Shown in pieces: positions 1 to 9,539 of a stretch of DNA of 34,109 bases. Each line of letters begins with the position of its first letter. Within the stretch, counting starts at the first letter, position 1. Below the pieces are notes generated by a model. It made no database searches. It saw only the letters and a program-made list of their open reading frames with translations, and was not told the DNA's origin. The position numbers were made by a program, and so were the translations under genes. This DNA comes from Nemertoderma westbladi (Eukaryota; Animalia; Xenacoelomorpha), in assembly GCA_032718475.1 (NCBI GenBank), contig JAUCBJ010000513.1, positions 1-34,109 of the forward strand, written 5' to 3'.

Positions 1-2
1 TA

Positions 3-218
3 AGTAGTAGGGTCTTGGTCCTCTCTGCGACACTTGGACCTCACTGACACCCATTGGGTGTCATATGACACCCAATTATCACCCTATGGGTGTCATTGGG
101 TGTCATTGGCGCCAGACTGTCTGGGTGACACCTCCCAATTAGGCTAATTAGACCCTAATTGACAGGTGTCATCAATTAATTAGTACAATTAAACCCTAAC
201 AGGTGTCATATGACTCCT
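3..218 (+). repeat. Left terminal inverted repeat
   Basis: Reverse complement of 5164..5379, with one mismatch noticed (position 125). Rich in TGACACC/GGTGTCA and CTAATTAG sub-palindromes. Confidence 0.97.
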
Positions 219-1035
219 AATTAGGGTTTAATTGATTATCCTAATTAATCAGACTGATTAGCGCCCTGACACACAATGGGTCATCAGTGTTGTCCAACTG
301 TCGCAGAGAGGAGCAAGAGGGTGTCATAAGTGACACCGCAGCTCTTTTATTTATTAATACTTATTTATTTGTACCTAATTTTAATTAATTGTATTCTATC
401 TTACTTTATTTATTCATTTGTACTTTATTTTAAATTAAATATTTGTATTACTTTTACTTTATACATTGATTTCTATTTTTAGATTAAGTAGTTTTTATAT
501 TACCAATGAGATCACTATGACATCATGTCTATATTTAGCTATATAATTACCTATTGCATCCCCCGTTCACCACATTCCCGGCAACTATCAACTACGTTCA
601 TCGGTGGGGACCCCTCCTCTGCCATCATTATTCATTAACTAGATACAACAGGCAGTGAATCTTCTATACGTATACCCCAAGGCAAATATAAATGAGCGGT
701 CCCGTCTATTAGCAGTCCCTTCGTTGACTCACTAATAATCCCATCGCGGCCTTGACTACAGCAAATCCGTATATCGCCCAAGGCTAATGGTCCAGCGGCC
801 CTCCATTGTTCTCATTATAGCCGGCATCGCTTTATCCCTTTCCTATATCCAGGCAGCCCGTATCATAACAATGAAGCGCCTCTAAACACGCAATCCTCTC
901 TACTAATCCCTTTCCTTTGCACCAGACCTGCTTCTGTTATACAGCCAACTCAACATAATTAGTCAAGATGCCTACAGGGGTTTCTAATATAGAATCAACA
1001 CGAGAAGTTGCCCTGGTAACCGCTTTTGCGCGAAC

Positions 1036-1130
1036 AGCCAATCAGCGGGCTTCATTTCTGCTGCTGCGCTCTGATTGGCTCATTTAAGAGACAAGGGCCT
1101 CCCCTACTAACCGAATTGCTATTTAATACA
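1036..1130 (+). promoter_or_regulatory. Putative Pol II promoter with a pair of inverted CCAAT boxes
   Basis: AGCCAATCAG near 1037 and CTGATTGGCT near 1071, followed by AT-rich TATTTAA, upstream of the duplicated leader exons. Motif inference only. Confidence 0.4.
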
Positions 1131-1279
1131 TCCCCACTAATATATTAGATCATTATTTCAATTGCAAGTTACGATTAACATCATTTACCATTATTTTGTT
1201 TTCGAATTTAATATTATTTATTTAAGAATATTTATTTGTTATCGTCAGTCAACTATCCAGTTGTATAGTTATATTATTG

Positions 1280-2070
1280 TCATTTCGCCGCGCTATCGCT
1301 CATTGTCGACAACAAACTTTCCGCGTATCCGCCGCGTAATATTCTTCCGATACCATTCCGTTCTATCGGTTGATAAACTCTCTCGTCGTCCACGTCAACC
1401 AACTTCCTCATCGCCACCGCTTCCAACTTCTTCTTTCCGTGAATATTTACTAACACCGTAAGTAAAATCTGCCTTCCATCTAGCTATACTTTCGACGCCG
1501 CTAGCAAACAATTTACATTTAATGTCTACCGGTACAACAGTATTGCAGTAGGCTCATTATTAATTACTGTCAGACTGCGGTGGTACCGATAGCCTAAACC
1601 GTGATCGAAGCATTCGATCAATAGGCTTACATCCGCCTATCTGCTTACAGTATTTTTTATCTTTTTACAAATAATCATCTTATTTTTCTAGTATCATTTC
1701 GCCGCGCTATCGCTCATCGTCGACAACAAACTTTCCGCGTATCCGCCGCGTAATATTTCAATATTTCTAATTTCCGATATCATTCCGTTCTATCGATTAA
1801 TAAACTCTCTCGTCGTCCACGTCAACCAACTTCTTCGCGAACATCCAAACTTCTTCTTTCCGTGAATATTTACTAACACCGTAAGTAAAATCTGCCTTCC
1901 ACCATCTCCATCGACGCCGCTAGCAAACAATTTACATTTAGGCCTAATGTCTACCGATACAACAGTATTGCAGTAGGCTCATTATTAATTACTGTCAGAC
2001 TGCGGTGATACCGATAGCCTAAACCGTGATCGAAGCATTCGATCAATAGGCCTACATCTGTCTATCTGCC
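1280..2070 (+). repeat. Direct duplication (about 370 bp, two copies) of a probable non-coding leader exon and intron start
   Basis: 1280..1644 matches 1694..2069. Each copy has a donor CC|GTAAGT (1458, 1881). Near-identical acceptor blocks ...AAATAATCA...TATTTTTCTAG end at 1691 and 2583, the latter 7 nt before the ATG at 2591. Confidence 0.85.
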
Positions 2071-2590
2071 TGTCTACCTGACTATCGGTACCGCACATTC
2101 GAGTTAGCCTAGTGCCACTGTAGTAACGATATAGACCCTACTGAACAACAATGAATACTGCAGTTTTCACTATATATCCTACTGACTAACTGAGATCTCA
2201 CACAGCGATTAGCTAGGCCTATTGTTGATTTGTATTGGTTAACGCTACCGGTACGTCTGACTTGTAGCAGACTATATCACTAGCACTACTGCACTGACTG
2301 ACTGCTGTTTATAGACCCTCTTTCCACGAATAATAACTGCCATCGCTATTGTGTCTTGGTTATCGCCACTATCTGACCGCTGGTACACTAACACTACTGC
2401 ACTAGGCACTACCGACGGTCTGCTTTATGTTTCACTGTCTGATTGCTACAATACAGCAATAGGCCTAACTATACAAACACAGTATTGTTGCCTAGTAACC
2501 GATTAATACCTACTGTTTTACTTTATTTTTAGCACAGTATACAGTATTTTTTATTTTTATAAATAATCAACATATTTTTCTAGATTCAAG

Positions 2591-3427
2591 ATGCCAAGAT
2601 CAACCAATAAAGTCAGCTGCCCCATCTGCGACAAAGAGACGCGGAGTGATAATTTATCTCGTCATATTAAAACTCATTTCGTGCAATATAGATGCGATTG
2701 TTGTTCGACTTGGTCTTCGGAAAAGAAGACGCTGGTTGGCCATCTTGTTTCGTGTCCTCAGGGGGGAACAGGATTTAGTTACGTAAACGAGCCAGCCGAT
2801 TGCCGCTGCGGGGATTCGCTCACCCTGTCATCCTTTACTGAGCATGAATGCTATACTCGACTTTTTTCGCGGAAACGCAAAACTCCGACTACCTCCCACT
2901 CATCCCCCATCAACTCTACTCCAGAACAAGTCGGCGGCGGCGGCTCCAATAATGAACCTTCAACTTCGCGAGATTCTATTTCCCCAAACAATCCATTTCA
3001 ACCACCCTCTAACGGAAGCGCACACGGACGACTGTTTACCTATAACAACGACCTCGCAGAAACAAGACTCGACGCAGAATTAACATTAAACGAAAATTTT
3101 CCACACATTCAAGAACACGTTAGTAGCCATTTACAAAGTGCTTTGGGAACTTTTTTAAGAGTCTGGCTTACAATCAATATCGTAATGGAGCGTGAAACCA
3201 GCGAGGGTTTTCAAATTGAATCATTCTGTTTTAAATCTAGCGGTAACAATAATCAAATTCTAAATAATAGCGACTTTAATAACTGGTTTTCTAGCGCCGT
3301 CAATCGTATCGATGAACTGTTAAGCGTGTTTCTCTGCCTCGGCTCGGGTTGGCGCATAATAGCCATCGAGCGAATAACTATTGAGATTGCATGTTCCCAA
3401 CGCAACCCCTATTTAACGGGTCAATAG
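2591..3427 (+). CDS. Zinc-finger protein with a Polinton pPolB N-terminal GSGW domain (putative stand-alone terminal protein)
   Basis: C2H2 finger CPIC..HIKTH and two further Cys/His clusters, then a QVGGG linker. The C-terminal part reads LRVWLTINIVM..FCFKS..IDELLSVFLCLGSGWRIIAIERITIEI..NPYLTG, which matches the GSGW-x-I-x-I..P-L-x-G pattern that precedes the pPolB core. Intact ATG-to-stop ORF. Confidence 0.75.
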   Translation: MPRSTNKVSCPICDKETRSDNLSRHIKTHFVQYRCDCCSTWSSEKKTLVGHLVSCPQGGTGFSYVNEPADCRCGDSLTLSSFTEHECYTRLFSRKRKTPTTSHSSPINSTPEQVGGGGSNNEPSTSRDSISPNNPFQPPSNGSAHGRLFTYNNDLAETRLDAELTLNENFPHIQEHVSSHLQSALGTFLRVWLTINIVMERETSEGFQIESFCFKSSGNNNQILNNSDFNNWFSSAVNRIDELLSVFLCLGSGWRIIAIERITIEIACSQRNPYLTGQ

Positions 3428-3447
3428 GATTTAATTTTAATTTCTAG

Positions 3448-3963
3448 AATAAGAAATTGAGCATCAAAATAGAATTAACCAATAAACAGTTTACCGGAAA
3501 AAACATTGCCAAATTTGAACTAGAGAAAATTTCACAGCAAATTACAGGTCAAAGATGCTTAAAACCAAACATGTTTATCTACAAAGGTGACGATTCAACT
3601 ATAATGCTATTTCCCAGCGGCGCAGTAACAATTGTAGGCCTGTGCAATAATTTAGCTAGTGAATTGCTTTATTTAAAACAAACTATCGGTATGCAATTAC
3701 AAAATTTGAAACTTAATACCGAAACACGAACTATTATTTTTCCAAGTGTTAATTTTAAATTATTAATGAAAAAATGTGGACATCATACAATTAATAATAA
3801 AGCAATATTTATTAGCTATACCCCTGAATTATTTTGCGCGATTAGAATATATATAGGACGTGCATATTTCAGTGTATTTCATAGTAATAAAATTGTTTCC
3901 ATGTGTCCTGCCGGTGAATTCCCCGGATCATTATCTATTTTACAAACTTTATTATTAAATTAG
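3448..3963 (+). CDS. Divergent TATA-binding protein (TBP)-fold protein, probably a spliced terminal exon
   Basis: Two-repeat TBP pattern: TIMLFPSGAVTIVG (compare TALIFASGKMVVTG) and ISYTPELFCAIRIYIGRAYFSVFHSNKIV (compare SYEPELFPGLIYRM..LLIFVSGKIV). About 170 aa, the size of a TBP core. No ATG; the frame opens directly after a TTTCTAG acceptor ending at 3447. Confidence 0.8.
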   Translation, partial: NKKLSIKIELTNKQFTGKNIAKFELEKISQQITGQRCLKPNMFIYKGDDSTIMLFPSGAVTIVGLCNNLASELLYLKQTIGMQLQNLKLNTETRTIIFPSVNFKLLMKKCGHHTINNKAIFISYTPELFCAIRIYIGRAYFSVFHSNKIVSMCPAGEFPGSLSILQTLLLN

Positions 3964-4031
3964 TTTATTTACTATGGTATACATGAAAGTTTACTATATT
4001 ATTTATTTTGTGTTGGTTTTTATTTTTCCGT

Positions 4032-4509
4032 GAGTAGGGTTTGAATCCATGACCATCCGTGTTACCTACTTTTTATAATTGCATTAGTAGGACTCGAACC
4101 CTGGTTTAACTTATTTTGTGTTGGTTTTATAATGGTCGCGAGTAGGGCTTGAACCCGTGACCAGCTGTTTTTCCTATTTTGTGTTTACTTTTTATATTTT
4201 TCCATAAAACGGGATACGAGAAGGGGTCGAACCTATGACCATCTGTTTATCATATTTTGTGTTTAGTTTAGATACTCTAGTTATTTTATGTTTAACTTAT
4301 TTTGTGTTGGTTGTATATTGGTCGCGAGTAGGGATTGAACCTATGACCTCCTGTTTATTTTCCATAAAACGGGATATGACTAGGGATCGAACATGTGACC
4401 ACCTGTTTATCCTATTTTATGTTTAGTTTAGGTACTCTAGTTATTCTATGTTTAACTTATTTTGTGTTGGTTTTATATTGGTCGCGGAGTAGGGATTGAA
4501 CCCGTGACC
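4032..4509 (-). repeat. Array of about 7 tRNA 3'-half / B-box motifs within a T-rich higher-order repeat
   Basis: Minus-strand copies such as GGTCACGGGTTCAAGCCCTACTCGCGACCA (4162..4133), starting at about 4032, 4086, 4133, 4217, 4319, 4378 and 4479. They carry the GTTCRA T-loop (ATTCAA in the first copy), and three end in CCA. Confidence 0.75.
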
Positions 4510-4916
4510 ATCTGTTTATCCTATTTTGTGTTTAGTTTAGTTACTCTATGTTAAAGTGAATTTTCACATTATATTTATGTTAAATGATAAATTTATGCTA
4601 CAATTATTATTTATATTATAAAAACAGAAATATTCGAGTTATATTGCATTATATATTTTTCATTGAAGTGGAATACTTTAGATGTTGTTTGCGAGGGATA
4701 TTTGAATGGTGAGTATAACTATCCTTGAGAGCTAGTGCGACGTTATCTCACTATGGATGGGCTTTACCACTGTACTCGCATCTGAAAGGTTAGCTGTGGT
4801 GTATTAGTTACGCTTAGCATTAGAGAATCCGTCCGTATCACCGACTAGACAGCGAATCTGGCAACCCAGTTTTTGTTCTAGAGGCTTCAGTTTGTTGTAA
4901 ATCAGGGCGTTAGGCA

Positions 4917-5162
4917 CTGAGGCATAGACTATGACTCACTGAGGCATAGACTATGCCTCACGTGAGGCATAGACTATGCCTCACTGGGGCACTGAGGCAT
5001 AGACTATGACTCACTGAGGCATAGACTATGCCTCACTGAGGCACTGAGGCATAGACTATGACTCACTGAGGCACTGAGGCATAGACTGTGACTCACTGAG
5101 GCATAGACTATGCCTCAGTGCCTCACTGAGGCATAGTCTATGCCTCAATGAGGCATAGTCTC
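4917..5162. repeat. Subterminal tandem array of the 21-bp palindrome TGAGGCATAG-A-CTATGCCTCA
   Basis: Roughly 9-10 near-identical units with short CAC/GGCAC linkers, abutting the right TIR. Confidence 0.93.
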
Positions 5163-5163
5163 A

Positions 5164-5379
5164 AGGAGTCATATGACACCTGTTAGGGTTTAATTGTACT
5201 AATTAATTGATGACACCTGTCAATTAGGGTCTAATTAGCCTAATTGGGAGGTGTCAGCCAGACAGTCTGGCGCCAATGACACCCAATGACACCCATAGGG
5301 TGATAATTGGGTGTCATATGACACCCAATGGGTGTCAGTGAGGTCCAAGTGTCGCAGAGAGGACCAAGACCCTACTACT
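5164..5379 (-). repeat. Right terminal inverted repeat
   Basis: AGGAGTCATATGACACC...GGACCAAGACCCTACTACT is the reverse complement of 3..218. Confidence 0.97.
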
Positions 5380-5507
5380 AGCATATATGATATGATTACC
5401 GATTAAATATGCAATAGTTTAAATCTTTTAAACGTTATTGTTCATGTTACAACCATTAATTATCAAATAAGCGTTAACAGATTAATTTCGTTTAGAATAC
5501 AGTTTAT

Positions 5508-6434
5508 TCAAACATTAAAAGTAGCAATTTTCTGCTGAGCTGCGATAATATCCTCGTCATGAGGGCGCACATATATGAGGTAGCAATCACTGCTCCAACG
5601 CCCCATTTTCTTGATAACACCTGCTGCAATGCCACACTTGGCGGCTTCTGTGGCCAATCCAGCACGCATGCTATGACTGCTATACGTTTTTCCATAGCAT
5701 TTCCGCAGCATGCTATTAAATGAAGAAGCTGTCATCCTCGAACCATCATCAAACAGAAAGAGGAAAGCATCTGCATGAGCAACACGGTCTCGGCAATGAA
5801 TGTAACGTAACAAAGCAGTATATGGGCAGATGAAGCCAACAGTCTTGGCCACAGGACATGGCTGTGGTAACGCAGTGGTTTTAGTAGCGAAAACCATTAA
5901 GGTCAAATGGTCTTGATGGAATTCAACATTAGACCTCTTCAGAGCGAGTAATTCCGAAATTCGTAACGCCGAAAAGAATCCAACATACAAACAAGCCCTA
6001 AAGCACCGAAAATTCCATGTTGAAACTCTTCCAAAGTTTCGTTCATACTTAGAAGCGAAAACACATAAGTCTTGCAGTCTTAAAGGTGTAGCTCGTTGTA
6101 CAACCGAAACAGAACTATTCCTATATCCATGTAACAGCTGGGATAATCGTGAGTCATCACAATTTATTGCTACGTTCCGAATCCTTGCTTCATTCTTTAT
6201 ACCGCTCAACATGCATTGAACTGTGTTGGGACTAAACGAATGACACCAAGCATAGACCACAAAACCCTCTAACTTATCTAAAGTCACAGGGCCGGGCACT
6301 AGGCGGGAAATATGACACCACTCAACATATTGTTTCCACCAATTGGCATATTTCTTCTTAGTAGATGGACGTAAGCTGCTATCGTACAGAGCAGCAGTCT
6401 GCCTCTTACAAGCAAAGCTGACTAAATACCTCAA
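5508..6434 (-). CDS. Tyrosine recombinase, DIRS/Ngaro (lambda integrase) type
   Basis: N-terminal SLRPSTKKKY..WKQYVEWC helix. Catalytic set LRISE (R), TKT (K), HSMR (HxxR), GRWSS (W) and CYLIYVR (Y). Uninterrupted frame; the TGA stop overlaps AATAAA. The start is uncertain (TTG, with a possible acceptor TTTCCCAG just upstream). Confidence 0.92.
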   Translation of the reverse strand: MRYLVSFACKRQTAALYDSSLRPSTKKKYANWWKQYVEWCHISRLVPGPVTLDKLEGFVVYAWCHSFSPNTVQCMLSGIKNEARIRNVAINCDDSRLSQLLHGYRNSSVSVVQRATPLRLQDLCVFASKYERNFGRVSTWNFRCFRACLYVGFFSALRISELLALKRSNVEFHQDHLTLMVFATKTTALPQPCPVAKTVGFICPYTALLRYIHCRDRVAHADAFLFLFDDGSRMTASSFNSMLRKCYGKTYSSHSMRAGLATEAAKCGIAAGVIKKMGRWSSDCYLIYVRPHDEDIIAAQQKIATFNV

Positions 6435-6737
6435 GTGTTGCTGGGAAACGAGCCAACTTGGATGTTAACCAATAAATGAGCAGTATTTAATGAGAATCAA
6501 TTTCTTAAGCCGTTTTAATTAATTTAGATCAATTAAAGACACAATTATTAAAGCAAATCACTTGAACTAATTAAAAACTATAATAGAATGGGGTATGTGG
6601 ATTACATCTGTATAATTTTTAAGTATAATTATTTAAATCTTATACTGTAAAATAATTAATTTCCTTTAACAGGCAGGTTGAAAGTGCTGTTTTTACCGTA
6701 ATCAATTTAATTAACTAATTAACTGCTATTATCTTAG

Positions 6738-7000
6738 CTTCTCGAAGGCCACACGAAAATTCAACTTGGAAAATTTCTAAACTTTTGCCAAACTACATGT
6801 GTACCAAGTTTGGATAGATTTCATCGAAGATTGGCCGAGTTATTTAACGTTTAAAATTGAACACTGCAAAAAAAGCGACAGAACGACAGGTTGATTAATG
6901 GTACCACTACGCTAAGGCTCACTCTCTTCGTGGCTCGCCCCACAGGTTGATTAATGGTACCACTACGCTAAGGCTCACTCACTTCGTGGCTCGCCCCACA
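6738..7000 (+). mobile_element. Possible Helentron/HINE-like non-autonomous fragment
   Basis: TGTACCAAGTTTGG...TTTCATCGAAGATTGGCCGAGTTAT, short GACAG repeats and a GC-rich end motif resemble HINE/DINE-type cores. Recognition by pattern only. Confidence 0.3.
6886..6997 (+). repeat. 56-bp tandem duplication
   Basis: ACAGGTTGATTAATGGTACC...TTCGTGGCTCGCCCC twice, one mismatch. Confidence 0.95.
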
Positions 7001-7231
7001 ACTTGGACCTCTGTCAGTGTAATATTCCAAAAACCAATATATTTCTCGGGTGGAATTATTTGTCGTTTCTGCAAGCAATATTAGGTCACATGACTGTCCT
7101 ACCTCTGAGTAACCCTTGACTACAGCCTAAGGCTTGCACTCCCTGTTCAGTAAGTTGTTGCTTTAGGCAGGCTGCATTACCCCTAACAGGAAACATTGTC
7201 CCAGCTTGCTAGCCTTCACCCATCCTGTTGA

Positions 7232-7285
7232 TTGGGTGTGTTACGTGGAAAGGTAGCTTGGGTGTGTTACGTGGAAAGGTAGCTT
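7232..7285 (+). repeat. 26-bp tandem duplication
   Basis: TTGGGTGTGTTACGTGGAAAGGTAGC twice. Confidence 0.95.
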
Positions 7286-7694
7286 ACTGTATACATTCTA
7301 TAGCGGTAGTTCACTGCCTTGCTTATACCCCTTCTCTTATTGTTGGGCTATCCTACCCCTAATCTAATAGGAGGTAATTCTTTACTCTGTTAGTGAGTAG
7401 CATTGCTTGTAGTAGTGATTTAAACTTAATAGTTTCCCCCATCCAGCGCTGAATCAGATTTATCATGGTGTATTCCTGACAAATAAATTACCGGTCCTAT
7501 ACTTGTTATTTACCAGTGATTAACTTGTGGACTGAATTAATTAATTTAATTCCGTGTTGTTTATTTGGGTGCGATTGTAATAATTATTTACAATAAATTA
7601 TTATTGTTACAATAAATCGTTGATAATAAAAGGAGGCATAATAATTATTTAAAGGGTTAATAAAATACATTCTCTCCAAATAAAAGCTAACAAA

Positions 7695-8534
7695 ATGTCT
7701 TATCATTCAAGTATCAACAAGAGTGCCTCAGACAGTTCTCACAGCGACCACATCTCCAACCTTGACGTGACTGCGATACCAGTACATTCCGACCTAGACA
7801 GATCTCCGACTAGAGAATTGCCCGAGCCGGAATATTCCAGTTCGAATCAAACCGGAAACCCCATTATGCCCACAAGACTAAATCGACCACCCAATGTCAC
7901 CAGAACTAACCAACCCACTACTGGCCTCGAATTACAATCTGATTGACCGCAAGTGACTGCGACCTCCGACTTAGACCGGACGGAAGTCAACAGGCTTAAA
8001 CCTGCCATCGGAAATGGACCCACTTATGGCCCCTTCCCCAGGTTTATTAATCGGCCTACTAAGGGCCATTGACACGTACTGGGCCTCTGTGAGAAAGGGA
8101 CTAAGGTCCAAATACTGTCTATGTCTATCACGGAGATGCAACATGCTGTATTGCGATATTATAACTATCCCGCTTTGGATAAGTTTTTACTCTTACATTC
8201 TGCCACCTCTGATGAACTGACAGCATTGAGAGTACCGGCCGATCCCACCGACCTTAGTAAGGTGGGAAGGACCCTAAGAGGATTTCAGACTGGCTTTGCT
8301 AAGCAAATCGCTGGTTTTGAAACCGCCTTACGGGACCCGAACATAGACCATCCTCCGCCATTCTTTTTTGACATAAAGGAGAGAATAGTCTGTATCAGGA
8401 TAATCCTCTCAACCTTCTATCAGTCTGCTACCCGGACTGGAGCCGCAGTGATAGAAACTGCAGCCAATGACAACATAAAAAAAATTCGCTCAGTCAGCAC
8501 GTACCTGCCTCTCCTTCCAAGGCGAACCCCCTAA
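7695..8534 (+). pseudogene. Decayed gag-like N-terminal fragment
   Basis: Broken ORFs with an S/P/T-rich start followed by a helical segment (VGRTLRGFQTGFAKQIAGFETAL), a layout similar to the gag N-terminus at 11679. No diagnostic motif. Confidence 0.35.
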
Positions 8535-9539
8535 TCCTGAAACTCTGGATTTTGACCACCCATCCCTGATCGATACCCAAGATGTTGAAGGATACACGCA
8601 GACCAAACCCGAGACTCAAATGGTACAAGAAGATGCGATCCGTAAACAGCTCGGAGATTACATATAGCAAGTGTGTTACGATATATGGCGCTGTATACTA
8701 TTATCAGCCCATTATACAGAATAGAATATTTAGATAAGCCGTAATGACATGCAGCCATAGTTAGATAGGGAAAATAAAATATCCACATTCGTAGATCTTA
8801 TCCATTTTGTATAGTATGTAGCCCTACGTACGTAATTTTGTAATAAAATATAAATAAATAACATTTACGGTAGCAAGTTTCCTATAAAACCTTAATGCAA
8901 GCTTGCTGTTATTGGTATTAAACGAAATTAATTGTGTATTTGCATCAAATTCCATTATATTTGTCTTCAAATTGGCTTTATATTAGATTGTGCTTAATGT
9001 ACTTTAAATATCGTGAAATTAATGTTAGGGCCACACAATTCATTACCATATATGGTAATAATTTGCGATTTGGAAACCCTGAGGTTCACAATCCAGCTTC
9101 CTTATTGACCCAGTTGTTCCAGGTTGGTCTAGTGGTGGCGTGGATTGATGAGCCAATGGGACGATTATTGCGTCATCCCTGTTGTATCACCTATAAATTG
9201 GCTGTGTTTCCAGTATGTGCATCTATCTTTCTTATTCATCTTTGGACCCTTTTCCCTCTTTTGTTTTCGCTTGCAATATTCGTAATTCTTTGTAATTCTT
9301 TGTAAATTCTGATGTGTATCTTATTTCTCTTTAAATTCTTTGCTGTGTTTTCTCAATCATCAATGGTTACTGCAAATTACAACCTCGAACTATGATTTCT
9401 ACCCTCTGATTAATAGTTTTCTATGTGATTTAAGATGCGATAATCCCACGGGATTTCCTTAGACTGCCAGACTGTTTGTGAATGCATGCGCCGCTATGGT
9501 AGCTATTTGTTCTAATGGAGGGCTAAGGTACCGGTAGGC

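Larger units (their letters stand above)
3..5379. mobile_element. Non-autonomous Polinton/Maverick-type TIR element (about 5.4 kb)
   Basis: 216-bp TIRs with AGTAGT...ACTACT termini, typical of Polintons. The right flank is AGCATA and the only two visible left-flank bases are TA, consistent with a 6-bp TSD. An internal ORF has the GSGW motif of the Polinton pPolB N-terminal region. No polymerase, integrase, ATPase or capsid ORF. Confidence 0.85.

Noticed and set aside
4032-4509. Functional tRNA genes
   Set aside because: Only T-arm and 3' acceptor-like halves are present; no D arm, anticodon arm or 5' acceptor strand is visible.
4917-5162. CRISPR-like palindromic repeats
   Set aside because: No unique spacers, no cas genes, and a eukaryotic TE context.
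5380-6434. Tyrosine recombinase as the integrase of the TIR element
   Set aside because: It lies outside the right TIR, and the probable 6-bp TSD fits a Polinton RVE integrase acting in trans.
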